64,000 nucleotides of DNA. Origin: Kiritimatiellia bacterium (GTDB lineage: Bacteria; Verrucomicrobiota; Kiritimatiellia; RFP12; UBA1067). The translations under genes were made by a program, and so were the position numbers. Below the pieces are notes generated by a model. It was not told the origin of the DNA. It saw nothing but the letters and a program-made list of their open reading frames with translations, and made no database searches. The stretch is taken from assembly GCA_017450695.1 (NCBI GenBank), contig JAFSTA010000164.1:37878-101877 (forward strand), written 5' to 3'. How positions within the stretch are numbered: the stretch's first letter is position 1; every line of letters begins with the position of its first letter. Shown one piece after another: positions 1 to 9,543 of this stretch.

Positions 1-1611
1 ACGGGAACCGCAAGTGTGGTGGGCGGCAACTACGGGAACGGACATGTCCTGGTCTTTGCAGACCATCCGGAATATTTTCCCGCGACATGGGACATCGTTC
101 GCGGGGCGATCAAATTCACAACCGGGCGCGACGTAACCTGGAACATTCCCCAGAAACAACCGGGACAGCTCGTCGTGGGCGTCTATTGCAGCGCGTCTCC
201 CGGACCGATGGACGCGAACGTGTATCTGCAGTTGCTCCGTTCCGACGAGCTGGATATCATTCCGATTACAGAGTCGCAATGTCAGGAAGGAATCCTCCAC
301 CACATCGACGCACTTGTGATTCCCGGTGCCGGGCACGACACGAATCGGATCGACGGGCTTTTTACGCAGCTCGCTGTTGATCGTCGCAACCTTTTCCTGA
401 AACGGGGTGGGAAGGTTGTCACGTGGGGTAAGGCCGCGAAGCAGATTCGCGACGGTGCGACCGGTGTTTACAAACTCAAATCGGGCGACGAAGCCCTCGC
501 GACGCTGTTGAAAATCAAGGCTGAGGCATCCCCGCGGCAACCCGAGTTGCTGACTACGCCCGCAAAGGTCGCGCTCTATGCCGACCCGGCATCCGGGTGT
601 GCGGAATACTGGCACCTGTACCGGCTTTTGGAGTTCTCTCCGCTCTATTCGGTTTCGCTTGTGACCGCCGCCGATCTTCAAGGGGGAAAACTGGCTGGAT
701 TCGACTTGCTGGTGATCGGGAACGAGCGTCGTGCGAATCACGGAAAAACGTTGGGAGAGCGGGGGTGTAACGCGATTCGTGACTTTATACGGAAGGGCGG
801 TTCGTACTATGGGATTGGCGACGGTGCCTCGCTTCTGCTGGGCGGCGACGAACAAGGTGCGCCATCCAGAATCGGTGGTCTCGTTCCGTTCTGCGGGGAA
901 CCCGACAAGACGGATCGCGGTTGGTCGGAGACCTCTGTCCTCTTCCGGGAGTCCGCGTTTCCTGCGCTGGGAATCACGGGCGGAACGAAACGCTCGCTCC
1001 TCTACTGGGGCGGACCAGTCATGCAGCCCGGCCCGTCTGTACCCGAAGCGAATATCCAAGTCTTTGCCGAATTTTACGGGAACATGGTCAACACGCTCTC
1101 CGGGAAGAAACTCGCCCCGATGACGGGACGGGCCGCGATCATTGGCGGCACCTGCGGGAAGGGCAAGATTGTTCTGAGCACTCTGCATTCCGAGACATCC
1201 GAAGACACGCAGTGGATCACAGGTCGAATCTTGCGTTACCTGACGAACCGCAAGGCAGACCCGATCTATCCGGACCGCAGGAAGGGTGCGACCAGTGTGG
1301 CGTTCTACGTGGGAACGGTTACCAAGCGTGGGATGGAACTCGGGATGGATCTTTGCCATGAGGCGCGTTTCGACCTGCAGCCCGTTACCGATTACGAGAT
1401 CGGGCATGGTGCGCTTGAACATGCGGACGTGGTTCTTTTCCCGTCGGCGGTAACGGGCGGATATTCCGTTCTGCTCCGCGATTTCCTGAAGAAAGGCGGG
1501 AGAATCGTCGAGTTCGACCCGGAAAAGAAAAGCGTGACCCAACCGCAACCCGGTCAAGACATCCGTTTCGCGCGAAACAAGGACGAAGTCACCACCGCCC
1601 TTGCCCGTTGA
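1..1611 (+). CDS. BPL_N / class I glutamine amidotransferase-like repeat protein (5' partial)
   Basis: Frame is open from position 1. Repeated flavodoxin-like modules (DALVIPG, FDLLVIG..IRDFIRKGGSYYGIGDGA, YWGGP, GKGKIVLSTLHSE) resemble the biotin-protein-ligase N-terminal domain. Confidence 0.55.
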   Translation, partial: TGTASVVGGNYGNGHVLVFADHPEYFPATWDIVRGAIKFTTGRDVTWNIPQKQPGQLVVGVYCSASPGPMDANVYLQLLRSDELDIIPITESQCQEGILHHIDALVIPGAGHDTNRIDGLFTQLAVDRRNLFLKRGGKVVTWGKAAKQIRDGATGVYKLKSGDEALATLLKIKAEASPRQPELLTTPAKVALYADPASGCAEYWHLYRLLEFSPLYSVSLVTAADLQGGKLAGFDLLVIGNERRANHGKTLGERGCNAIRDFIRKGGSYYGIGDGASLLLGGDEQGAPSRIGGLVPFCGEPDKTDRGWSETSVLFRESAFPALGITGGTKRSLLYWGGPVMQPGPSVPEANIQVFAEFYGNMVNTLSGKKLAPMTGRAAIIGGTCGKGKIVLSTLHSETSEDTQWITGRILRYLTNRKADPIYPDRRKGATSVAFYVGTVTKRGMELGMDLCHEARFDLQPVTDYEIGHGALEHADVVLFPSAVTGGYSVLLRDFLKKGGRIVEFDPEKKSVTQPQPGQDIRFARNKDEVTTALAR

Positions 1612-1716
1612 ACGAGGCGCTTCGCATCGGCTGAAACGCGGGAAGCGGGGAAAGAAGGCCGACGGGAATCGACAGCATTCGATGCCACCGGTCTCACTTA
1701 TCCCCGTCGGAAGCGG

Positions 1717-1742
1717 TGGATGCGACTCCCCCGTCGCATCCA
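1717..1742. repeat. REP-like hairpin (10-bp stem)
   Basis: TGGATGCGAC-TCCCCC-GTCGCATCCA perfect inverted repeat beginning in a GTGG context. Confidence 0.6.
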
Positions 1743-1829
1743 GTTTGGGATGATACGAGCAAAAGGGCGCATCTCCGTAATTCAACAAGAGCCTGTGGTG
1801 CGCAAACACGGAATTTTTCGTGTCATGGT

Positions 1830-1904
1830 CTCATGCAGAGTTCGCAAAGTCCGCGAAGTTGCCGATTATTCCCTCCTTTGCGAACGCGGCGGACTTTGCG
1901 TGAG
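1830..1904. repeat. Imperfect inverted repeat built from 9-bp units
   Basis: Arms 1830-1858 and 1876-1904 match at 21/29 positions as reverse complements. Sub-units GCAGAGTTC/GCAAAGTCC/GCGAAG. Confidence 0.6.
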
Positions 1905-1998
1905 GTTGAATCTTCGCGTTCCGGTATCGCAGGTATCTACATGGATCACGGTGAAAAACGCAGATGCGCTCCGAGCAAAATCTGGTTTCAATACGGGC

Positions 1999-2027
1999 TT
2001 GAACAAGGGGGCGGGGAAAGGTATAAT
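1999..2027 (+). promoter_or_regulatory. sigma70-type promoter of the gltX operon
   Basis: TTGAAC-17 bp-TATAAT, followed by GAAGGAG RBS before ATG 2067. Confidence 0.75.
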
Positions 2028-2066
2028 AGACAACTCAATTTACCGTTTTTGAAGGAGTTGACTTGT

Positions 2067-3407
2067 ATGTCGGAGATTCGTGTTCGTTTTGCCCCCAGCC
2101 CGACGGGGAATGTCCATATCGGGAACATCCGTGCCGCGATTTTCAACTGGCTGTATGCGCGTCATACAGGGGGGAAGTTTTTGCTTCGCGTAGAGGACAC
2201 GGATCGGGAACGTTCCACCCCGGAGGCAATTCGGACTTTGCTGGAGGCGATGAAGTGGCTGGGGCTGGACTATGACGAGCCGGAAATGTACCAGAGCCAC
2301 AACACGGCCCGCCACCTTGCCGTGGCGGAGGACTTGCTGCGTCGCGGTCTCGCCTACAAGGATGACAAGGGCGGGAAGGGCGAGTGCGTGATTTTCCGGA
2401 TGCCGAAAGAGGGGAAGCTGGAGTACCACGACTTGGTGAAGGGCGACATGCACAAGAAGGCGAAGGACGTGCAGGATTTCGTGATTGTCCGCACGGACGG
2501 TACGCCCGTTTTCCACTTGGCGAATGTGATCGATGACATCGACCAGCGCGTGACGCACATTATCCGCGGCGACGACCATGTGGAGAACACGTTCAAGCAC
2601 ATCGAGTTGTTCAAGGCGATCGGTGCGCCGATTCCCCAGTACGCGCATCTGCCGATGATCGTGAACAATCAGGGCAAGCCCTATTCGAAGCGCGACGGCG
2701 CGGCGTTTGTCGGCGAGTTCCGCGAGCAGGGGTATCTGCCGGAGGCGCTCTTCAACTTCCTGTTGCTGCTCGGCTGGAATCCGGGCGACGACCGAGAGGT
2801 GCTGACTCGCCAGGAGATGATCGAATTGTTCTCGCTGGAGAAGTGCGGTTCCAGCGCCTCCCGTTTTGACATCAAGAAATTGCAGTGGATGAACGGCGAG
2901 TATATCCGCCAGACGCCGCGTGAGGAGTTTACAAAAGAGTTTGTCTCGCGTGTTCAGGCGGCGGGCCTTTCGGTTGGGGGAGTCAACCTCGACGGAATCA
3001 TCGAGCAGATGCAGGTGCGGACGAAATTCTACCGCGACATCCCGTCGAACTGCCGTTACTTCTTCACGGATGATTATCCGTTCGATCCGAAGGGAGTTTC
3101 CAAGCGGTTGCAGGGCGACGAGGTTCCGGCTCTCCTCGAAGAAGTTGCCGACGCCTTCGCGGGACTCGATACGTTCACGCAGGTGACGACGCATGACGTC
3201 GTGGCTGGAAAGGCCGCCTCGAAGCAGGTCAACATGGGTGTGCTGATTCACCCGGTCCGCGTTGCGGTGTCGGGACTGATGGAAGGTCCGGGGCTTTTTG
3301 AGATGCTGGAACTGATCGGCAAGGATCGCGTGATTGCCCGACTGCGCCACGTGGCGGCGATTCTCCGCGATCCTGCGAAACAGTTGCCGACGCTGGAGAC
3401 GGTATGA
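2067..3407 (+). CDS. gltX: Glutamate--tRNA ligase
   Basis: RVRFAPSPTG, HIGN (HIGH), LRVEDTD, THIIRGDDH, PYSKR (KMSKS). Start reassigned to ATG 2067 after the RBS. Confidence 0.95.
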   Translation: MSEIRVRFAPSPTGNVHIGNIRAAIFNWLYARHTGGKFLLRVEDTDRERSTPEAIRTLLEAMKWLGLDYDEPEMYQSHNTARHLAVAEDLLRRGLAYKDDKGGKGECVIFRMPKEGKLEYHDLVKGDMHKKAKDVQDFVIVRTDGTPVFHLANVIDDIDQRVTHIIRGDDHVENTFKHIELFKAIGAPIPQYAHLPMIVNNQGKPYSKRDGAAFVGEFREQGYLPEALFNFLLLLGWNPGDDREVLTRQEMIELFSLEKCGSSASRFDIKKLQWMNGEYIRQTPREEFTKEFVSRVQAAGLSVGGVNLDGIIEQMQVRTKFYRDIPSNCRYFFTDDYPFDPKGVSKRLQGDEVPALLEEVADAFAGLDTFTQVTTHDVVAGKAASKQVNMGVLIHPVRVAVSGLMEGPGLFEMLELIGKDRVIARLRHVAAILRDPAKQLPTLETV

Positions 3408-3460
3408 CTTTCAAATCCGCCGACTACGGACCGGCGGATGGACGAAGATAGGAAACACAC

Positions 3461-6400
3461 ATGATATTCAGAGACTTTTTCTCGACGGAAACAAAGCCCG
3501 GAAGTTTTTTCCGGAAGATTGACTGGAGCGCGTTCGCGACGGCCACGATCGTTTCGTTTCTCGTGTACTTCTTGACGTTGGGACCATCCGTCACGCTGGA
3601 AGACTGCGGGGAACTGGCGACGGCAGGCGACCACCTGGGGGTGCCGCATCCTCCCGGTTACCCGATCTGGACGATGTTCGCCTATCTCTTCGCGCGACTC
3701 TTCAGTTGGGTCACGTTTCAGGGACAGCCGACACCCGCGTGGGCAATCTCGCTGATGTCCAGCGTGTTCGGCGCGATTGCCGCCGGTTTCACCGCGATGC
3801 TGATCACGCGTTCCGCCTCTGACCTGTTGCGTCACCGGACGGCGGGGCAGGGGACGGATGAACCGGAAGACGGTCTTGCCTTCACCGAAGTTTTCTGCTG
3901 GGCGGGCGGTGTCGCGGGCAGTCTCTGTTTCGCCTTTTCTCCCGTCATGTGGTCGCAGGCCACCATCGTGGAAGTCTATTCGCTCAACGCCTTCTTCCTG
4001 ATGTGGATTTTCCTGTTGACCTACCGCTGGATGCGGCAGCCGAGCGACAAGATCCTGTGGCTGACCGCATTCGTGTTCGGGCTGGGCTTGACGAACTATC
4101 AGGTGCTCCTGTTGGCGATGGCCCCGTTGATTGTCGTGGTCTTCCTGAGCAACATTAAGCTTTTCCGCGACTTCCTGCTGGTCGGCATCCCGATTGTTTT
4201 GACGGCTCATGCGTTGCAGATCGGCGCCGAACAGGCCGCTATTCCCGGAATCTCTGGTCCCGCCTATGCGAAATTCGCCATTCCGAAAGTTTTGGAAAAG
4301 AAGGGATCGATGCTGTATCAAGCGGCGCCCTCCTCGACCCTTCTGATTTTTGCGATTTGCCTGATTGCGCTTGGCGTCGGGTTTGCCGTCTGGGCGTATC
4401 GCAAACGCGGCGCACTGGTGGAGCGTGCCGCGATTGAAAAACGCGCGTCCTCTCTTTCCGTCACGGCATCCCAGTCGATGCCCCTGTTGCAGCATGGTAC
4501 TGAAATCGCATGCGGTCTTGTCGCGGCGGGCGGAGTGTTGTTGCTCGCCGCGGGACTCTTCACGCATGAACAGACCGTTACCATGCTGAACTATCCCTTG
4601 ATGAAGCCGGCTGTTTACACCAGTGTTCTGGGGATTGTGGCGTTGATCTCCGCCGCCTGTATCGGCGGCGCGTTGCAATTCCGCGAGAAGGCGACAGAGG
4701 AAAAGACGGTGGTCTGGCTCTCCGTGGCTGTCGCCCTGTCAGCCATTCTGATTATCGTGCTGGGCGCGTTGCCGAGCGCGAAGATCCCCGACAACTATAT
4801 GGGGGCCGCTTTTGACTGGGCGTTTCCGTCGATGATCCTGGGCGCGTGTCTCTTGGTTCTGGGGCTGTTGTCTGCGACCGTGAAGCGCGGGGTCTTCTAT
4901 GCGATTCCCGTGGCCATGATGCAACTCACCGTCTTCATCCTGTTGAGGAAGGGGGGCATGAACGGATTGCAGCATCCTTCGACCTGGTGGTTCTGGTGGC
5001 CGATCGTCTGGAACTTCTTGATCCTGGGACTCGCCTGGCTGGTCCTGCCGAACGGGAAGACCGTCGCCCTCACGACGATATTCTCGGAACTCGGCGCGGC
5101 GTTTTACGTCTATATGCCGATCGTCTCAGATCTGCGCAACCCTCCGATGAACTGGGGTTACCCCCGCACGTGGGAGGGATTCAAGCACGCGATCACGCGC
5201 GGACAGTACGAGAAGATCAAGCCGTCGGACATTTTCAATTCCAACCTGCTGAAGCAACTGGGATTCTACTTCACGGACTTGCGTGTACAGTTCACGTTGA
5301 TTTGCGCCGTTCTCGGATTCCTTCCGTTCACACTCTGGAGTTTGCGCTGGAAGGATTCGACGGTGGTCAAACCCGCACTGCCTATTTCCGACGGCGATGC
5401 CGCCAACGGGCAGACATCCTTCCCCGCCGGAAAAACCGGCGTGTTCCCGCGCCAGTTCGTAGGCTTCGTCTCGCTGGGTGTGAGCGTCATTCTGATGTTC
5501 CTCTCCGCCTATCTGCTGTTGCGTCCGGAGCTTACTTCCGAGGTCAAGATTTCCGTGGCCGTTTCCTACCTGTTGCACTTCGCGACGTTGGTGTACGGCG
5601 TCGCCTGCCTGGCCGTCGGGCATCGGTTCAAGGGCGTCTATGTCGCGGCGATCCTCTATCTCGTCACCAGCGCGCTGGTTCTCCTCTCCGAGGCGATGGG
5701 GGGCGAACCGGTCATGCGGCTTGACAAGATCCTCATTGCGGACATCTTCCTCTTCCTGCTCGTCGGTGCGGTCACAATCGTCTTCGAGCAGATACGCCAG
5801 TTCGTCCAGCGCACGTGGGAGACGCATGATTACTCGGAAAGCATGACCGTGGGTATCACGCTGGCGGGGATTGCCGCGATGATCTGCCTCTTCCTTGGCA
5901 AGGGGCTGCTTGTCGTGCTCGCGAAGGATCCGCTGATGGCTACACTCACCGTCAAGCTGGGGGCGCTGAGTCTGGCGGTCCTGCTACTGGTAGGTATCTG
6001 CGCCGGTGCCTTCTATCTGCGGAAGTTCCTGCAGGAGAAATTCGACTTCCGGTTTGAATCGGACAACACGAGCCAGCAATGGTTGATCGCGACGGCGGCG
6101 GGCTTCTTCATGATGTCTGTCGTACTGGTCGTCTTGGCGAACGTGAAAGGCGACTTGCAGGACTCCTTCATCCAGAAGGTGAAGTTCATCAGCTCGCACG
6201 GCCTCTTCGCCATCTGGATCGGATACGGCATGGTCTTCGGTCTGGTCATCGCCAACCGCGTGTGGAATTGGGTTGTCCGCAGTTTCTTCAGCGGAACGGC
6301 CGACATGACGGGGCGGGACTCGGGAGACCGCAAGCAACTGCTCCATATCGGACGCTGCGCGCTTGTCGTCTGCGTGCTGCTGGCTTCCGCTATCCCGATC

Positions 6401-7984
6401 TACGAGAACTACTTCAACAAGTGGATCGCGTTCGCGCTGGGTGGTTCCGAGCAGAACGGGCACGACTACGGCTGGCAGTTCGGCAACTACTCGTTGCGCG
6501 GTGCCAAGGCGATCACCGAGGAACTGGATGCGGACGAAGAGCCGTTGCCGAATCCGCTCTATCCGAAAGAGATGGGACCGGGCGCGATCTTCTTCGGCGG
6601 TACGGATCCGGGGCGTTTCGTTCCGACCTACATGATCTACTCCGCCGATGTCCGTCCCGATGTCTTCCTCATCACGCAGAACGCGTTGGCGGACAACACG
6701 TACATGGCGGTCGAGCGCGACCTCTACGGCGACAACATCTGGATTCCGACGCCGGAGGAGAGTGCGCAGGCCTTCCAGATTTATGTCGATGAGGTACAGG
6801 CCGGCAAGCGTCCCAAGAACGCCGCGCTGACGATTGAGAACGGGCGTGTCCAGGTCAGCGGCGCGTTGGGCGTGATGGAAATCAACGGCATCCTCTGCGA
6901 GATGATGTTCCGCAAGAACAAGCGCCTGCATGAGTTCTTCGTGGAGGAGAGCTACGTGATCCGGTGGATGTATCCGTACCTGACGCCGAACGGACTGGTC
7001 ATGCGGATCAACCCGGAGAAGTGTGACATTGTTCCGCGCAATGTGATCGACGATCTCGATTTCTGGGACTGGTACAGCCGTAAGCTCGTGAAGAGCCCGC
7101 AGTTCCGGCGCGACGTTCCCGCGCAGAAGTCGTTCTCCAAACTCCGGAGCGCGATCGCCGGCCTCTATGCGGATCACCGGATGTTCCCCGAGGCGGAAAG
7201 CGCGTTCCAAGAGGCTCGTTGCCTCTACCCGGTCAGCCCGGAGGCGAACTTCCGGATGATTCAAGAGGTGCTCCTACCCCAGTCGCGCCATGACGAGGCG
7301 ATCGACATCCTGCAGGATTACACCAAGCGGGATCCGAACAACGAGCGGGGGAGGGACTTCCTCAAATACTTGGTTGATGTCAAGGCGACGATGGCGACGC
7401 GCAATCGTTTGGTTTCCAAGTATCAGACGGAAAAGAAGCTCACCGATGCCGAGATGCTTGAACTGGCCGAGGCGTTCCGCAAGCTGGGGCAGGTCAGGGA
7501 GGCGGCTCAGCTGTTGATGCAGCTTGCCTCGCAGCCCGGAAAACAACCGAAAGAGGTGTACGACCTCGCGATGACCCTCGCGGGAATGCAGCACTATCAG
7601 GAGGCAACCACCTTACTGGATCGGGTTCAAGACTACATTCTCCGATTGCAGGCTGATGACCTGTGGCTTGTGGCGCAGGTCTATTCCTGCGTGAACGACC
7701 TGGACAAGATGGCGGAACCGCTGCGCAGGTGCCTTCAGCTGAAACCCACCCACTGGGAGGCATGGATTACGATCGCCCAGATCTACAACCAGCGCGGACA
7801 GCGTGCGGAGGCGATTTCCGCAGTCGGGCGCGCCCTGACCCACGGACGTGAACAGGCGTGGAAACGTCTTCAGGAACTCGCGGATCTCCAGCCTGTCGTA
7901 CAGGCCGTGGTGATGAGAATGCAGCAACATCAGAAAGCGACGGCTGGAGGACTCCAGCAGTTGCCGTTGGGACCGAGGAAGTGA
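3461..7984 (+). CDS. DUF2723/TMEM260-like multi-pass membrane glycosyltransferase with C-terminal TPRs
   Basis: N-terminal PSVTLEDCGEL..LGVPHPPGYPIW, WSQATIVEVYSLN, PPMNWGYP; many TM helices; TPR-like helical C-terminus. Confidence 0.8.
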   Translation: MIFRDFFSTETKPGSFFRKIDWSAFATATIVSFLVYFLTLGPSVTLEDCGELATAGDHLGVPHPPGYPIWTMFAYLFARLFSWVTFQGQPTPAWAISLMSSVFGAIAAGFTAMLITRSASDLLRHRTAGQGTDEPEDGLAFTEVFCWAGGVAGSLCFAFSPVMWSQATIVEVYSLNAFFLMWIFLLTYRWMRQPSDKILWLTAFVFGLGLTNYQVLLLAMAPLIVVVFLSNIKLFRDFLLVGIPIVLTAHALQIGAEQAAIPGISGPAYAKFAIPKVLEKKGSMLYQAAPSSTLLIFAICLIALGVGFAVWAYRKRGALVERAAIEKRASSLSVTASQSMPLLQHGTEIACGLVAAGGVLLLAAGLFTHEQTVTMLNYPLMKPAVYTSVLGIVALISAACIGGALQFREKATEEKTVVWLSVAVALSAILIIVLGALPSAKIPDNYMGAAFDWAFPSMILGACLLVLGLLSATVKRGVFYAIPVAMMQLTVFILLRKGGMNGLQHPSTWWFWWPIVWNFLILGLAWLVLPNGKTVALTTIFSELGAAFYVYMPIVSDLRNPPMNWGYPRTWEGFKHAITRGQYEKIKPSDIFNSNLLKQLGFYFTDLRVQFTLICAVLGFLPFTLWSLRWKDSTVVKPALPISDGDAANGQTSFPAGKTGVFPRQFVGFVSLGVSVILMFLSAYLLLRPELTSEVKISVAVSYLLHFATLVYGVACLAVGHRFKGVYVAAILYLVTSALVLLSEAMGGEPVMRLDKILIADIFLFLLVGAVTIVFEQIRQFVQRTWETHDYSESMTVGITLAGIAAMICLFLGKGLLVVLAKDPLMATLTVKLGALSLAVLLLVGICAGAFYLRKFLQEKFDFRFESDNTSQQWLIATAAGFFMMSVVLVVLANVKGDLQDSFIQKVKFISSHGLFAIWIGYGMVFGLVIANRVWNWVVRSFFSGTADMTGRDSGDRKQLLHIGRCALVVCVLLASAIPIYENYFNKWIAFALGGSEQNGHDYGWQFGNYSLRGAKAITEELDADEEPLPNPLYPKEMGPGAIFFGGTDPGRFVPTYMIYSADVRPDVFLITQNALADNTYMAVERDLYGDNIWIPTPEESAQAFQIYVDEVQAGKRPKNAALTIENGRVQVSGALGVMEINGILCEMMFRKNKRLHEFFVEESYVIRWMYPYLTPNGLVMRINPEKCDIVPRNVIDDLDFWDWYSRKLVKSPQFRRDVPAQKSFSKLRSAIAGLYADHRMFPEAESAFQEARCLYPVSPEANFRMIQEVLLPQSRHDEAIDILQDYTKRDPNNERGRDFLKYLVDVKATMATRNRLVSKYQTEKKLTDAEMLELAEAFRKLGQVREAAQLLMQLASQPGKQPKEVYDLAMTLAGMQHYQEATTLLDRVQDYILRLQADDLWLVAQVYSCVNDLDKMAEPLRRCLQLKPTHWEAWITIAQIYNQRGQRAEAISAVGRALTHGREQAWKRLQELADLQPVVQAVVMRMQQHQKATAGGLQQLPLGPRK

Positions 7985-9543
7985 CGGGGGAAGGAAGTAG
8001 AGTTCGGGCTGTAGGCTGGCTTCTCTTCGGGGGACTGGTTTGTCTGGCGCTGGCATTCCGGCTGCCGCATCTGCCGGATCGACCGATGCACGGAGACGAG
8101 GCGAACCAGGCTGTTCGCGCCGGGATGCTGATGGATCAGGGGGTGTATCACTACGATCCCTCCGACCATCACGGTCCGACGCTCTACTATGCCGCGCTGC
8201 CGTTCTGCCGTGCGACCGCATCCCGCTTCCCGGAAACGACGGAGTGGAACTTCCGGCTCGTGCCCGTCTGCTTCGCGGTCTTGACCATGCTCTGGATGTG
8301 GTTGCTCGCGAAAGGGCACGATACCGAGGTTGTGCAAGGGGAGACGGATCCCACCGGTCGCCACGTTTGGCAATGCGGAATCCTCTTCGCCCTTCTCTTC
8401 TTCGCCGTCTCCCCCGCGTTCGTGTACTACAATCGCTTCTTCATCCAGGAGTCCTTGCTGGTCTGTTTCCTGACCGGGATGTTCTGGACGGCGCGGTTGT
8501 GGTGCCGCACAAGGCGCGTGGCGGCAGCTGTTGCGTTCGGCGTCTTCGCCGGACTGTGCATGACGACGAAAGAGACGTTCGTTCTTTCCTTCACGGCCGC
8601 GTTTTTGGCGGTCGTGCTGAATCTGCTTCCCCGTTCCGCAAGACCGGGTGATGGGTTCTGGCGGGCGTTTGGGAAGGCGACCGCCGTCGCTGCCTTGGCG
8701 GCAGCTTTCGTATTCGTCTTGTTCTACTCTTCCTTCTTCACGTACTGGCAGGGGGTGAAGGATGCGCTCTTCTCGACGGTGGGGACCTATTTCCACCGGG
8801 CGACGGGGGTACCGGAACACCAGCATCCGTGGTGGTTCTATCTTCAGACGGTATTCTGGTTCAAGTACGGGCGCGGTCCGCTTTTCAGCGAAGCGTTCCT
8901 GTTCCCGTTCGCGATTTTGGCTGGAATCTACGCCTTCCGTTCGCCACGCCGTTTCGCGTTACGCTTCCTCCTGTTGTACACGGTGATTCTGACTGTCCTG
9001 TACAGCCTGATTCCCTACAAGACGCCTTGGTGCGCGCTCACGTTCCTGCATGGTTGGATTCTTTTGGCGGGTATCGGAGTGGCGGTTTGTTTCCACACGC
9101 GCACAACGGCGGCGGTCGGTATCATACTCGCGCTCGCCTTGGCTAGTTGGCACGGAACGCAATCCGTGCGGGCCGCTTTCCGTTATTCCGCCGATCCTCG
9201 GAATCCCTACGTGTATGCCCACACGGGGGGCGATTGCCTCAGGCTGGTGGAGGAGATTGAACGGTGTGCGGCGAAAGCGAATGGGTTCGACACGCCGATC
9301 GCGTTTGGTGTCCAGCCGTCGGACACGTGGCCGTTGCCGTGGTATCTGCGCCGGTATCGGCATGTCGGGTACTGGACGAACGCGCAGGAGATCCCGTTGC
9401 AGTTTTCCCCGTCGCTTCTCGTGGTGGGGGCGGACCAGGGAGAGATTGCCGCCGCACGATTCGGCGAAGGAAAGGAATCTTCCTTCTACGGGGTGCGTCC
9501 CGGTACACTGGTGATTTTGTTTACGCCAAAGGAGAATGAATGA
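7981..9543 (+). CDS. TIGR03663/Agl23-like GT-C (PMT/GT39-like) membrane protein
   Basis: PMHGDEANQA, YHYDPSDHHGPTLYY, SPAFVYYNRFFIQE, YKTPW, WPLPWYLR. GTG start overlaps the upstream TGA (GTGA). Confidence 0.75.
   Translation: MTGEGSRVRAVGWLLFGGLVCLALAFRLPHLPDRPMHGDEANQAVRAGMLMDQGVYHYDPSDHHGPTLYYAALPFCRATASRFPETTEWNFRLVPVCFAVLTMLWMWLLAKGHDTEVVQGETDPTGRHVWQCGILFALLFFAVSPAFVYYNRFFIQESLLVCFLTGMFWTARLWCRTRRVAAAVAFGVFAGLCMTTKETFVLSFTAAFLAVVLNLLPRSARPGDGFWRAFGKATAVAALAAAFVFVLFYSSFFTYWQGVKDALFSTVGTYFHRATGVPEHQHPWWFYLQTVFWFKYGRGPLFSEAFLFPFAILAGIYAFRSPRRFALRFLLLYTVILTVLYSLIPYKTPWCALTFLHGWILLAGIGVAVCFHTRTTAAVGIILALALASWHGTQSVRAAFRYSADPRNPYVYAHTGGDCLRLVEEIERCAAKANGFDTPIAFGVQPSDTWPLPWYLRRYRHVGYWTNAQEIPLQFSPSLLVVGADQGEIAAARFGEGKESSFYGVRPGTLVILFTPKENE

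Noticed and set aside
1716-2066. 117-aa N-terminal extension of GltX in the ORF track
   Set aside because: The true start is ATG 2067, after a consensus promoter and RBS; the extension runs through repeat DNA.
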